From positions 110,498-174,497 of the forward strand of contig MU057703.1 in the NCBI GenBank assembly GCA_013265495.1: a stretch of DNA of 64,000 nt. Direction: 5' to 3'. Under the pieces are notes generated by a model. It saw only the letters and a list, made by a program, of their open reading frames with translations, did not search any database and was not told the DNA's origin. Position numbers and translations under genes: made by a program. The DNA is from Vicugna vicugna (taxonomy: Eukaryota). Positions 11,663 to 25,566 of the stretch are shown here, piece after piece; position 1 is the first letter of the stretch, and every line of letters starts with the position of its first letter.

Positions 11663-12108
11663 TTGTCTTCTAATTAGGCAGTAGGTACTTTGCACAAAAA
11701 GACCATGACCTGTACGTTTGTATACACCACACTGAGCACAGTTCTGAGTAGGCTCAATGATTCTTACTGAAGGATCATCGTAAGGAATTGTTTGGATGAA
11801 TGCAGCAATGATGCTGGGTAATCTATTTACTGATAGAAGGCTATGTTTTGGGAACTACTTTCGGAAACTTCCGTTGGCTCTTTTATCTCCCCATGAGGAG
11901 GAATGGACAACTTGAAGTGCTTCTACATCTTTTCACAGAATGATTCTCTTTTCCAGTAGGGGTTATGTCTATGTACAAGTTATACGATATATTCTCTCAT
12001 ACCTTCTTCCCCTCGAAGCCAGATTGAAAGATAGACAATCCATATTTCTCCACAAAACATGCCATGCTATGTGTCTTTTTAAAAGAAACCAACAAGATCC
12101 ACCTGTTT

Positions 12109-12246
12109 CTTCAGTTCCCCGTGGTTTTTGGTTCTGGTGACAAAATATGATCAATATTGATACCACTAACAGTAAAGGCCAAGGTTATCCAGTTATTCAG
12201 ACACTTAGTCTTATTTTGTTGCTTAACCATTACTTGTATGTCTGAT
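12109..12246 (+). repeat. 138-bp direct repeat, copy 2
   Basis: Ungapped match to 11525-11662, offset 584 bp. Confidence 0.95.
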
Positions 12247-13249
12247 ATTGAATTGGCCATGATCTGTGTCATACCAAGAACCCCTCCTCTTTATCAGTAA
12301 GCTCTTCTTCAAGTCCAATGTTTGTCCTTTTACAGCTGTATTGTTCCTTTTTCTTCCCTCTGGTCTGCCATTTTCCGTATTGCTCATCACCCTCTTGAAA
12401 TTTTACTTCTTGGTATCACAATAATATGATGTCATAAATATTCTCTTACTTTTTATGACCCATCTTTCTTTGTGGCCCTCTTATCTCCTCTTCCTGCTCC
12501 TGGCTTTCAAACTAATCCCCTAAATTGATCACAATTTTATTGGAAATAGAATTCTCCTTTTGCATTTCCATTCCTAATCTCTTGTCCATTAGTCATTTCC
12601 ACATACTATTGTGGCGGCGAAGATCACAGTCTTTGGAAGAAGCCTAGATGTGCTAATATTTATATATTATTCAGCAGATACGTGAGTCTCAGTAAGTCAA
12701 TTAGAAATTAAAATAACACTGACCTCAGAGTTTCTTTCTGGCATACTTTTTGAGTATTAAATGAGATAATGCATGTAACACATTTCAAATTGGTATTGGT
12801 CCTTAGTAATCACTCATAAACAATAGCTATTAACAGCAATGATAATGTATGTAGTGAAAACCCTTTTCTTGCTTTTCCCCCATCAATAGTCATCACCCTT
12901 AAACAGGCTTTTAGCAAAGGATGCTGCAATTTTCTAGACTTTTCTGATTTGTGATCAGTTTTTTTTTTAGACCTCCTTTTCTTTACCTCCAAATGCCAAC
13001 CATCTATTCAGTAACTAATTTACTAATTTCTGTTCTCAACCTAATGTATATCTTTCTGTTTTCCTTAACACCAGTTTCATCTGTCATCGCATGCCTCCAT
13101 TAGTACAGTTATCAAATCTCCCAGTGTAGAGTTCCTCTGCTTTAATCTAAGGTGACACATTTTATTATTGGTATAATGCATTTTTAATGTCCCTTATTGA
13201 TTTGACTCTGCTTTGAAACTTTCACTGTGCTTTACTTTGTATCTTAAAG

Positions 13250-13400
13250 ATCACAGACTTTGGAGCAAAAATACTTGGGTTCAAATCCTGAGAAAAGGAC
13301 TTACCAGTTGTGTGAACCTGGAAACGTAGCAGGTGGAGGATGGGACATTATATCACTGTGGTTGTCTGAATGACTTATTGTGTATAATTGTATTTGAAAG
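13250..13400. mobile_element. MIR remnant
   Basis: cacagactttggagc..cttgggttcaaatcctg..cttaccagttgtgtgaacctgg. Confidence 0.6.
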
Positions 13401-14814
13401 TATATCCTTTTACTACTACATTTAAATAACATTTTTATGATTATAAGGAAATCCAGGATCATTCAAGAAAAACTGGAAATAAAAGATAATTTCATCACGT
13501 ACAAAGATTCACTCTCAACCTTCTAGCTTTATTTCTATAAATATGCATAAGTATTTTAAATTTACAGATTTGAAATTAGAGTGAATATTCATTTTGGCAT
13601 TCAGCTTTCTTCTCACTTAACATCATACCATAAATATTCATGCATTTCATTTAATATTCGTACTAACCATAGTATTTATGGCTGCCAAATATTCTTTTAT
13701 ATAGAGTCGTTAGATAACTTCCAGTTTTTCATGCTCATTGAAATGAACATAAATATACATTAATCTTTACCCTTCTGACCATTTCCTTACAATAACTTAT
13801 TTACTGGAGCAAACGTATAATATTTCCAGACTCCTAATGCTTATAGCCAAATTGCCCTGGCAAAAAATTTGTCTGCAAATTGATAGTCAGTATAAACTGA
13901 TTTGGCAGTATTCACATTAACACTTGGTATTGTGGTTAAAACAATTGTGACTGTTTTGATAGTAGAAATTATGTATCTAGTTATTCTTTGAGTTGTGTTT
14001 CTGTGATCTTGGATGAGTTTGAGAAATATTTTCATCTCTCAAAACTGTTTACCTGCACTTTGGGTTTCTTAATTTGTGGATTTCATTTGACTGTTTCTTT
14101 ATTAGAATATTCATACTTTTTTTCATATAACAAGAACTCTGCTGTATACTGTGAAAATTTTCCTCACCTTGTTTTTTGCATTTTATTTTTTATGTGTTTG
14201 AACTTACAGAAATGTGTAACCTTGCTGTACTTGAATCTATAAATCTACTTGCAGTAAAATCTCCCTTTGCTTAAATGCTCAGAAAACTTCCTGCTGACAA
14301 AGAATTGAATATAAAGACATGCATTTGAAGGGGTTATTACTGAACTTCTTTCCACCTTTGAAGTGGGATTTGGCTTATATGTATCATGTATCTCTATGTG
14401 GAATGGCTCCTGACGACATATAAAATACACTCTCAGTCTGTTGAGACCCCGTTATTATTTCCGTGGCTTTCCCATGAAGGGAATAGTAACTTAATTCTTT
14501 CTGAGCTGCTATTGTCCATTTCAAAAGTGCCACAGGGCAAAATGTACTATGGAAGATATTAATGACCAGGTTACTCAGCTAGAGCGGGGCACATTGTTTG
14601 CACAATTATCTGAATGACTCAGGCACTAAATCTGCTTTTGCCAGGATTATCCAGATGGTCCTTAATTCACTGGATAATTGCTCACCCCTGTACTTGATTT
14701 TGATGATGTAGACCTGACTGTGTCATGGCTTTTTCTGCACCGTTTTATTTGTTACCATTCTCTAAATGCTTAGGGTTTGTTGCATTTGTTTCTTTTAATA
14801 AGAAGCCGTTTCCA

Positions 14815-14950
14815 CAGCCGTTAAGAGCACGTCTTTTGGAGTTACGCTGTTTTGCATGAAAAACAAGCTCCACCAGTTACAAACTGTGTGATTCGGGGCA
14901 AATTACTTAATTTCTTTAAGCCTTTGTTTCCTGGGTAGGAAATGAGAATA
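14815..14950. mobile_element. MIR remnant
   Basis: gttaagagcac..gctccaccagttacaaactgtgtgattcggggcaaattacttaa. Confidence 0.65.
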
Positions 14951-14959
14951 TTCAGAGGT

Positions 14960-15650
14960 CAGTGTCCCTACTTCAGTCCCTCTCTCCTAGTCATCTTCTT
15001 GAGAACACTCTCTACATTATAATCAGAGTTATCTTCTAAAACCAGTCTCATCAGTGCCTCCCCTGCTGAAAATTTTCGATGGAGCTTTCTCTCTCTCTCT
15101 CTCTTTTTTTAAATAACAAGATGTCTTAAGTCCTTGACATTGTCCTTGAAGTCCTTTATTAAATGGTCCCTGTTTACGTATCTAGATTTATTTTCTCATT
15201 TATTCCAGTCTCTTCCATCCTCAGTCTCCCACCATGCCAGTCATATAAACGGTTTGCAATTCCCCTTATCCATCATGGTTTTTCTCTCTTTTTCCAAACT
15301 TCACTTCCTCTCCGTACTCTATTTTCTGCCAGATAATGACTTATCTCCTTGTCTGCCCTGTAGTTGATCGGCTTCACCTCTTAAGGCTCTGGTTAGCTGC
15401 CACCATCTCTAGGAGGACTTCCCTGAACGTGTAGGCTGAGTTTTGAGCCCTTATTCATTGCTTTCATAACAACTTGTGGGTACCCCACCCATAGCACTTA
15501 CAATATTATGTTGTAAGTGATTGTTTATTTGCCTGTTACCCCCATTGTTAGCCCTTGAGGACAGAAACAATGCCTTATTCCTCTTTATGCCCAATGAAGA
15601 CCTTGACATATAGTTGATACTCAATAAATATTTTCTGAAGGAATGAATAA
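14960..15650 (+). mobile_element. LINE-2 3' portion
   Basis: Ends in the canonical L2 tail ...acatatagttgatactcaataaatattttctgaaggaatgaat. Confidence 0.75.
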
Positions 15651-16889
15651 AAGAAGGTTAAGGCTAATTTTTTTTAAAGATTTCAACAAATTAAGGATTT
15701 ATAGCTCTACCTTGGAAACCTACGAATGAAACTAGAACTGTGTCAATCTTCATAATTTTTCAAGGTTTAACTTCCTGGTTTTGTTGACTTATATAACAAT
15801 ATAGTTTAAAAAGCCCCTTAATAAGCAATTTGTAATGAAAAGGCATGCCTAGTTCATTGAATAATTCCTAAAAGCTAGACTAGTAGGTAACTCTTTTAAA
15901 TAATTCTACATTTTAGAAGGAAGAAGACCTGTATAGTTACTTGGATAATGTAGATATGTAAGTTCAGCTGTGTTGGAACTAAATACTGATGAAATGAATC
16001 CCCTTTCTCTTCATTTAATAAAAAGTCTTTCATTGGTGTGGTCTCCAGAAGTTTACAAAGCATGGTTATGTGCAGTATCGCCTTTGTTCCTTTGCAACAA
16101 TTCTGAAAGTTAGATTGAAAGGTCTGATTATACACACTTAAAGATAAGGAAACAAATTCAGAGAAATAAGTCATCTGCCTAAGATCATGTCAGTGGCAAA
16201 TCTGGACAAGGCATAAGGTAATCTTGTTCATAGTTGCATGTTTGGTTTCTTATGCCTAGCCAAAACATCTCATGGAGAGGCGCAGACCACCCTTCTGTCC
16301 AGGTCAAGGACATTGGTCTTGATATTCATAATCCCCTGAGAGTCTTGAACAATCCAGTAAAACTTCATTACACTGATAGTTACATATCGTTGTCATTTTG
16401 GTTTTTAATAACCGGAGAAGCAACCTACTGACAATGATTTTTGTTTCAGACATGTTTTAAAATCTTGTATTTAATTTGTTGATCATTTAGAGTACACACA
16501 CCCCCATATATTATATTTTATATATATATGTATATATATATGTATAAAATCAGAGTGTATTTTTATTTCTGATGTCAAGTACAATGCCCTTTCCCTTATT
16601 TTTTTAACTAGAATTTTAAAATGCTTTTTCTAGATATTCTTAATTAAACAGGCAATATCCATCTTTTCAGTTTGGCTTAATATAGAGGCTATATGATCTT
16701 GGAAAATCAGATAAGACAAATATGTCTTTCCACAATAGTACAAGTGTTGAAAATAGTTTTATGAAAAATAGATGATCTCTGATCTAACCTAGTTTAAAAA
16801 TTACAAATACTGAGGTATAAGACTGATTTTTCTATTTGCTTGTGCAGACAATGTCTTCCCTATAATTGCACTTCAGTTATTAGCAACAA

Positions 16890-17065
16890 TCATTACTGAG
16901 TGGTCACTCTGTGCTGGGAATTGTTGTAAATGTGTTGCCCTTGATATTTCATAACTTAACCAAACCTAGCAAAATGGATTTTATTTATCATACCATTTTA
17001 CAGATGAGGAAAATTAATATATTAAAAAGCTAATGATTAGAGAATCTAGAATTCACATCTAGCTG
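16890..17065. mobile_element. MIR remnant
   Basis: ccattttacagatgaggaaa core. Confidence 0.6.
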
Positions 17066-17879
17066 GTTAAATAGTTTAAATATTAAACCAGTTAAATAAT
17101 TCTTAAGCATAAATTATTAATCAGTGTGTTACTCTGCTTCTCTGTGATACCTGGTTTTAGTATTTTGTTGGTCACAGTTAAAATTTCCTTCATCTTAGGT
17201 GACCAGTATCTATCCTTAGATTCTCAAGTAAATTTACTATTAACACATAAGATTAAATTTTTCTCAATGTATATATGTTTTATTTTTGGATATCTGATAA
17301 ACAAATTGGTCTTTCACTACAGTGATTTACATGGGGCAGTTTCCCAAACATAAATTAAGCAATAATGATGTGCTATTTTTAAAATATTTATTTAGATTCC
17401 TTATTTTAACTTTGAAGTATGTTTCAGAGGTTTTTATGCCTTTCTGCCCTAATTCTGCTCCCTAACATCACAAACCATAAACAGTAGTAATTCTATCCTA
17501 AGACATCTAATCTGATTGTATTTAATTGTCATGGTTACTGGAACTACAGATTTGCTATCTGTAACAGGCAAGATTTCCTGCTAAGATATTTTTTATCTTG
17601 TTGAATATAATAGAGATTTATATCAGATGAAAATGCCCATTGTATCTTCTTTTTATATGTTAAATGCAGTATATTTTGATTGAAAATCTTTGAAAAAAAA
17701 TCAAGTGGGTTGATTTACTGTATTTTTCTTTTGAGTTGCAAATATTATTTTGGTACTTGAAAATTAACTCATTTTTTTTTCCAAAAAAATTATTTTCAAA
17801 TTTTGGTTTACACACAAGTTGAATGACGATGAAACTAAGACATCTACTTTTAATAAAGCATTGTGTTGCTCTTTTTTTT

Positions 17880-20570
17880 TTAACCTTTTAAATTAAAGAG
17901 TAACAGAAACATGGGAAAGGGCACAGAAAAGGATCAGCTTAGTGAGTTAAAACAAAGTATTTATATCCATGAACTCAACACTCAGTTCTGTAAACAATCT
18001 TATCAGCACCCAAAACCCCCTCTTTCAGCCTCTCCCAACTGTTACCACCTTCTCTTCCCGCAGAGTAACCACTATTATAACTTCAAGACCACAGAATCAT
18101 ACAAGATGCAACGGTTTTGCATCATATTTTTTTGCTCAACCTTGATGTTGACATATACACATGTTATTGAATGTAATAATTGTTCATTTTTTGTTGTTTT
18201 ATAGAATTCTGTTGTAAAAATACTCCAAAAAATGTACCTGTCTGTATTACTTGTTGGACATCTGGGTTGTTTCCCATTTTGTGTTTTATGAACATTCATT
18301 ATTTTACATGTGTTTTGTAGCACATATATATGTACACATTTCTGTTAAGATCTACCTAAGATTGAAATGGCTGAGCCAATGGCCAATGCTTGGTAGAAAC
18401 TGCTAGTTTTTCCCCAAACCAATTTCCATTTCAGCCTGTGGTGTGTAAGATTTCAAGTTCCTCCTTAGCTTTGCCTTGGTATTAATAGTCTTTTTAACTT
18501 CAACTCTTCTTGTAGGTGACAATGTGTGTAGGTGGAGTTCTAAATTATGGTTTTAATTTACATTTTTTTCATTAATAAGTAGTTGAAACCTTTTTTATAT
18601 ACGTTTTGGCCATTTAAATAAGCTGTTTTGGGGTACCATTCATAAGACTTACTATTGAATTGTCTGTCTTTTACTTACTGATTCCTTGGAGATTCCTTAT
18701 ATGCTCTGAATCTGAGCCCTTAGGAAATATTTGCACATATCTTCTCCTACTCTGTGGTCTGCTTTATCACTCTCTTAATGTTATCTTTTATTAACAGATG
18801 TTCTTAGCTTTAACGTAGTCCGTAGTATATTTGGTGTTTTGTTTAATAACCTTCCCTTATTACAAGTCGTGGAAATATTTTTTTTCCGTACTGTGTTATA
18901 GACACTATATTGTTTTACATTTCATCTGAATTGGTTTTTGTGTGTGGCCTGAGGTTTTTTTTTTTCATTTATATAGATATAAAATTGATCCAGGTACATA
19001 TATTGAAAAGACTGTCCTTTCTCTACTGTTTGACAGTCCTACCTGTGTCATAAATTAAGGGTCCATGGAAAGGAAGATCTGTTTTTGGACTTTCTCTTGG
19101 GTTTCACTTGGTTTATTTGTCTTTGTGCCCATACGCAATCTTAATTACTGTAAATCTAAAATATATCTTAATATTGGCTTGGTTAGGTCTTCTAGCTTGG
19201 CTATTCTTTAAGATTGTCCTATTATGGGGTCTTTGCCTTGTTTTATAAATTTCGAAGTCAGCTTCTTAATTTCTATAACATTCTTGTTGGAATTTGATTA
19301 GAATGGCATTGAGTCTGTACATCAATTTGAGGATAATTAACATGTTTAAAAATTTGAGTCTTTTCATTTATAATCATGGCCTATATTCTTTTGGTCTTTT
19401 AAAATTTCTCTAAAAATTGTTTAAAGTTTCCAGTGTGAAAATCTTGCACATCTTTTGTTAGATTTACTCCTGGGTATTTGATTTTTTTTATGTTATTGTA
19501 AGAACTAAGATTTCTAAATTTCAGTTTCTAACCATTTGTTCATAATAAAAAGAAATATAATTGATATTTTTATGTTGACATTTTATAAACTTGCATAACT
19601 CACTTATCAATATTAATCATTTGTCTGTTGATGCTTTTTTAAAATTTTTATTTATTTATTCATCTATTAAAATGGAGGTACTGGGGATTGAACCCAGGAC
19701 CTCATGCATGCTAGGCATGCACTCTACCACTAAGCTATATCCATCCCCCTTTGATTCTTTTTACTTTTATCATTTGAGAATAATGAGTTTATTTCTTCTT
19801 ATCCATTCTTTATAACTTATTAAGATAATGTTTTGTTTTGCTGACTAGGATCTTTAGTACCATGTTGAATAGAAATGGTGTTAATTGACTTACTCCTGAG
19901 CTCTTAAGAAAATTACTCAAAATTTCACCCTTAAGTATTAGATTTTTTATAGATAACCTTTATCAGGTTAAGGAGGTTCCCTCCCATTTCCATTTGTTAA
20001 GATTAAAAATATTTTTAATAATTTTAAATTTATTCTGATGATCATATGATTTTCCTTTTATGTTAATTAATGGAACAAATTATATTGATTGATTTTTCAA
20101 ATGTTAGACTAGAATCCTCAGAATAAATTTAACTTCTTCCTGCTGTATTTATTACTCATTATGTATATTACTGGATTAGGGTTGATAATGTTTTATTTAG
20201 GATTTTTTTCAGTTATGTATTTTGATTTTTGTAATAATATTGGTGTCAAATTTATTGTTGGTTAGACTCGTGAACTGAGTTGGGATACATTCTCTCTTTT
20301 TATTGTAGTAAGAGTTTGTGGGTGATGCATTTTAATTTCTTGTAGAATTGACTAGTGAAGCCATTTGACTCTATGATTTATTTTTGTGGTAATATTTTAA
20401 ATAAAAAATTCGGTTACTTTATGTGTATGAGTCTATTTATATTTCCTAAATATTATTTATTATTTTGTAAGTTGTATTTTTCTAGGAATTTGCTCATTGG
20501 ACTTTTCAAATATATTGGAAATTGTTTTTCAAAATAATTTCATGCTATCTTCTTAACATGTATAAGATTT
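17880..20570 (-). mobile_element. Ancient L1 (L1M-type) 3' UTR plus ORF2, antisense, highly diverged
   Basis: T-rich antisense L1 motifs (ttggacatctgggttgtttccca, tattgaaaagactgtcctttc, atcaatttgaggataattaacat, tagtaccatgttgaatagaaatggtg). Confidence 0.8.
19640..19750 (-). mobile_element. tRNA-derived SINE (camelid Vic-1-like)
   Basis: Antisense B box (ggggattgaacccagg) and A box (ctaccactaagcta), A-rich tail, degenerate TSD ttgat(g/t)cttttt. Confidence 0.85.
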
Positions 20571-20587
20571 TTAATGATAACTCTCTT

Positions 20588-20682
20588 TTTTTCAGTTATT
20601 ATTATTTTTTTTTAATGGAGGTGCTGGGAATTGAGCCAGTATGCTAGGCATGTGCTCTACCACTGAGCTATACCCTCCCCTC
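20588..20682 (-). mobile_element. tRNA-derived SINE (Vic-1-like) with internal deletion
   Basis: atggaggtgctgggaattgagcc..atgctaggcatgtgctctaccactgagctataccctcccc, flanked by repeated tgataactct. Confidence 0.82.
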
Positions 20683-22009
20683 AGTGATAACTCTTTTCAT
20701 TCATTTAAATCTACTGACACAGCTGACTACTATTAACATTTTGTATACATTTTTAAAAGATTTTTATACATAGAATATAGTTTTAAATATATTGTCACTA
20801 CTAACAAAATGAATCGTACTATGTATAATGTTCTGTCACTTTTTTTTATCTTGGCCAACTTCTATTTTCACACATTATAGTGCTAACATATCCTTTTTGG
20901 TATTTGCATAATATCCCTTTACATGGAATGCAGTTTATTTATATTCCCCTTGTTGGATTTTTGGATTATTTCTGATTTTTTTTTTTAAAAAGGAATGCCA
21001 CAAGGACTTTATTCTACATGTAGGTTTGTGCATTTTTGAGAATATTTTTCTAAGATACGTTTCCAGAGTGAAATTGTTAGCAAAGAGATAAATCTTTTAT
21101 GGACCATCAGTATTTCCAAATTGTCCTTGGAAGAGTTTGCAGCAATTTATAATCCTAGTAACATGAATAAGAAAGTTTGCTCTTGCATATCCTTCCCAGA
21201 ACTATTCAAATACTTGAGAAGATTTTTTCTTCTCAAATCAATTTTTTTTACATTTATATTATTACTAAAGAAATAATACAAATGAAGCATAAATTTGCAC
21301 TGATGACACATAAAACATAAAATTTATTATTGGCCTATAATTTTATTTTATACATAAAACGATTTCAGTTATTACTGGAATTGTAAAAGATTTCAATTAA
21401 ATTTGTTAGACTAAGTTTTTATAAAATTCAAGTTACTTAAAAACTCCCCTGCTCTCATTGTTTGTTATTTTAGATGTTTAATATAATATATAGCTGTGTT
21501 TGCTCATGCAGGAAAGAGTATAATACTTGCTGTTCAACAGATACAGATTTAAATCGAAATTCTGACACTATGTAGATAAATATTTCAGGGAAATCTACTC
21601 AACTGCTTTAACTCTGAGTGGCTTTGTTTCCTAAACTGGGGGAAATAGATATGAAAGTAAGTTTTCTGTAATGTCTGTCATCCGATTATTTTCCAGGTTT
21701 GATTTGGATGATCAAGCTAGTTAGACAGGACCTTTTCTCTCTCACTTGCCAAATTATGACCCTCTCAAAGTTGCTTGTTTTTCAAGGAGAACAGTTTCTA
21801 GACATGAATAAGGATCTGCCTCCCATAAACCTTCTATGAAGTAGGTCCTTCTGCTGGAAATGGAAAGAAATAATGTGGCGAATACTTCTTTCTTCTCCTT
21901 CATTCATTACATATTGAATTTATCAGATATTAAATATATATAATATATTTAATTTGGTGAGAAGCAGGGAAGGAGGGAGGGAGGGAGAGAGAACAGAAAT
22001 GCACATCCC

Positions 22010-22400
22010 CTGTGTGGTAGGCATCGTAGTAATGAGTCAGTCAGACTTTTTCCTGCCTTCAAGAGGCTTCTAAGCCACGTGGGGAAAACAGATAAAAAGA
22101 TTAACCCCAAACTGAGATGAATGCTTTAATACAAGGAGAATCAACATGTTAAGTGAACGTGGTGTGACAGGGACATTGAGCAGAGCATGACTGGTTCAAG
22201 TAACTGAAAGAAATCTATGAAGGAGTATACACAATAACGTAGCAAGACACACGGCCAAGGAGGAGAAAATAGTAGATCAAGAATGTTCTCTTCAAGCGTT
22301 AGGTCAAGACCGTATTTTACCCTAGAAGCAGTGGTTCTAAGTAAGGCAGCGATGTAATCAAATGTTTTAAAATGTTTTCTGAGAATTTAATGAAGAAAAG
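22010..22400 (-). mobile_element. LINE-2 fragment
   Basis: Antisense L2 motifs (tcctgccttcaagaggcttctaag, tattttaccctagaagcagtgg). Confidence 0.5.
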
Positions 22401-24234
22401 TAAAGATAATAGGGATGAGAGTACTTTATAATTTCAAAAATGTTAAGGAAATTAACTAGATCTGAAGCAGCCTGTCTAGCTAATTCTTGATAAGAAATAT
22501 TGCTACAAAATTGGCAGACCTCTACTCTCCACATCATCTCTTTAAAAAAAAAACTCTAATAATAACTTCACTTTGACTTATTTTGCTATTAGTATATTAT
22601 GAAAACTTGGACTGACGAAGGAAAGTCAATTAAATACATATATTCATCTCAATCTTTTTCATAGCTTCTTTGATGATTAGATTTTTGCTAAGACACACAT
22701 ATCTTTTTAAAAACCACAGACATCCACAGAACTTCATAGAAGTTCACTGGACTTTGAATGTCATCTCCAGCCATGGCTGAGAACACCACCGGGCCTATTT
22801 TATAAACATACTCGGTTTCCTGTTTGCATACAATTGTATTTGTTATAGGGGCATATAAAACTGTCATTTATAATGTGACTGAATCACTAAAAACATTGTC
22901 CAGCAGGACTGAGATTTTTAGAGGTATTTGAAACAGAAGGTTTTTGTAAAATCTTCCCATGTCTGACATCACCAGACTGAGAAATTTTTCTTATTTATTT
23001 TTACTGTGGCAAAGTGACCATTGTAAAGAGGAAAAATTGCCATTACTACTGGTCTAAATTATTTTATTAGTCATAGTAAAATGTGCTCAAAGTATCACTC
23101 TTCAGCATGTGAAAAGCTTACACTTGCAATAAAAATTTCCATATTTTCTGATACTCTGCTGAAATTATTGATTGAGAAGTCACAACAAATAACTGATCTA
23201 TAGAAATGGTGCAAAATTTACTTATTTCTTCACTTTCTGTCTCCTTTTAGTGCTATTGCTGTTCAGGGAAGTGTCATGCTGAAGTATATTAACACTACTG
23301 GCTATTTTCGAATGTCTGAAAACATGTGTGCTTTTCAAAGCTAGTTCTTGATTCATTAAAGAATTAAAATTTAGGTCAGCCTTTCCCCAAGAGAATTTTG
23401 TTTCAGCCAGAGGATATTTTCCTTTACAATTGCTTTCAATGTCCTTTGACTTGATACTACCATTTGAATCCTGATTTATTATCTCTGCCACATTATTGCC
23501 ATGGATCTTCTATTCAGCTTACATTTGTTTATCTGTTCGTATATTCTAAGTTTGCTCCTGTTTGAGATGGAGCAAATGCTGTGGAAGATGTCTAGTAATG
23601 AAAAATTATTTCAATTATGTCAGATCATAGTTTTCCTGAAGGTTTCTTTTGTAATGAACTTCGGACAGAATCTTGAGCAAAAGCAACATTTATTTCTTAA
23701 AAGTATCTTTGATGCTTCAATGAGATAGAAAGTTTTGCTTGTGTCTGCATTGTTTGTCTGTCAAGCATCTGCTCATCTTTAAAGATCACTCTGTACCACC
23801 TCATTCAACAAGCTTTTCCTAGCCTGACTTTTCCCAGTTAGATTGGTATCTCCCTTGTTTATGTTCCCACCAGGTAACCCTTACAAACCTCTATCATTAC
23901 CCCTTATTATTCATGCTTGTAACTATGTCTGCCTTTCTGTACTAGAATGTAAAAGTCTTATCAGGTTTTTTTTAATCCTCAGTGCCTAGAACATTGCCTC
24001 ACACTTAGGGATAATCAACTTTCCATGTCTGTCTTTTCATTCTTTTTTTTTGTGGTTGTTGTTATTGATAAACAAATAAATATTTTAAAAATGTTTTTTG
24101 TAATAATATTCTGTATTCTGAAAATGCCAGAGAGAAACCATCAACCTATTAGCAAATTCCTGCTCTACTTTCTCCATATTTGTAGATTCAATTTATAGTC
24201 ATACAAATGTTCTACAACTGATGTTCTAAAAGAT

Positions 24235-24370
24235 GGTGGTTCTCAGACTTTATCGTTCGTAACAATTACCTGAGATTATTTGTTAAAAATGAGAATTCCT
24301 GACCTCCATCATACACAGCTTGGTTCAGTAGACCTGGAATATGATCCAGAAGTCTGCATTTCTAATCTAG
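24235..24370. mobile_element. MER5-type hAT-Charlie MITE remnant
   Basis: gtggttctcagactt..aattacctg..tgttaaaaatg..ttcagtagacctgg..ccagaagtctgcatttctaa. Confidence 0.65.
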
Positions 24371-25086
24371 AAAGATCTAATGCCTATATCCCAATAATAT
24401 ATATGTATAAACACCACCCCACCCCCCACTGCTCAGATTAAGCCTAAAGGACTTCTTTGAAATACTAGGATCACTATGACACCAGAGCCATTCCTTTTTT
24501 TAATCACTCTGTTCACTGTTTGTCTCTTGTCCTCTCTCTTTTTTTACATACTTTTTTTGTTTGCTATCAAAAGATGACTTTCTAAAAACATCACGAGCCA
24601 ATCAGGGTGTACTTTTTTTTTCCATGCTAAATGCTATGCTATTTCAGTGCATAAAATCATGTTCTCTTTGTGTCTTCTTTTGTGTTTGGCCATACATATT
24701 TTTTGATGACTAATCATGGGTGACTAGTTTGTCTCCAAAAAAAAGGTGTTTTATTAGTGAAGGAGCAGGGAATGTGAAGAGAGAACAATATTTTGGACTC
24801 TTCAGTTTCCTGGGTGACCTTTCAAGGGATAGTTTCTGGATTACTAAGAATATTAAAGTAAGATTTCTGTAGCATACTAGATTCTGAAGATGGTTGAGAA
24901 AAATGAATATTTGATTTGCCAACTCAGAGCAAAGATCAAGGATCACTTGCTCTAATTCTTACATACATATTAACAAAATGGATGCATTATTTTATAACAT
25001 TAACTCTTCTAGTGGCTTTTTGTTCCTACATAATTTTCTCCAGTGCAGATTGTATTATCTACTAGAATTTTGAGTCTAATTTGAAG

Positions 25087-25566
25087 TATCGACTGAAATA
25101 AATGTGCAGCCTAAAAGTTGAGAGTTATGTTTTATTTGGTGGGAAGACTGGAGCCGGGATGACAGCCTCTCAGATCGCTCTGAGGGACTGCTCCGAAGAA
25201 GTAGGGGAGGAGCTAGGATATATAGGAGCTTTACAACAAAGACCAGGGAGTTGGAACAATAAAAGAATACTTGCTCTCTAAAGAAAACCGGGCATCTTGA
25301 GTTAAAGAATTTAGTGCTTTTCTGTGTATGGGAGGAAGCAAACATTTGGGCTCATTGAATTCATTCCTTTGACAAGCACCCAGCTATCTAGGGCCAGTTT
25401 CCTGCCTTTCTTATTCTGAGTCCCCTCAGGGTGCACCATTGTGAGTGGCTGCAGAGGCTGGGCTGCAAGCTTGTCTTCACTGGGGGGTGTGGTGGCAGCC
25501 TCTGATGACTTGGTGGCTTCAGCATTCTTTGTTTACTGATATGGTTTGCAGTATTTTTCGTTCACA
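25087..25566 (-). mobile_element. Solo ERV1 LTR (MER41-like artiodactyl family), 480 bp, 4-bp TSD gaag
   Basis: gaag at 25083-25086 and 25567-25570. Termini ta(tg-like)...ca, antisense AATAAA near 25132, several retained CpGs. Family assignment from recollection. Confidence 0.8.

Noticed and set aside
19672..19749. tRNA gene (also 20615-20680)
   Set aside because: A/B boxes are present, but the A-rich tail, TSD and lack of an evident acceptor stem indicate SINEs.
23850..23879. Other AG|GT junctions (23873, ~44493, ~50841)
   Set aside because: Weak regenerated donors (gtaacc, gtatag, gtagtt); the first lies within an L2 remnant.
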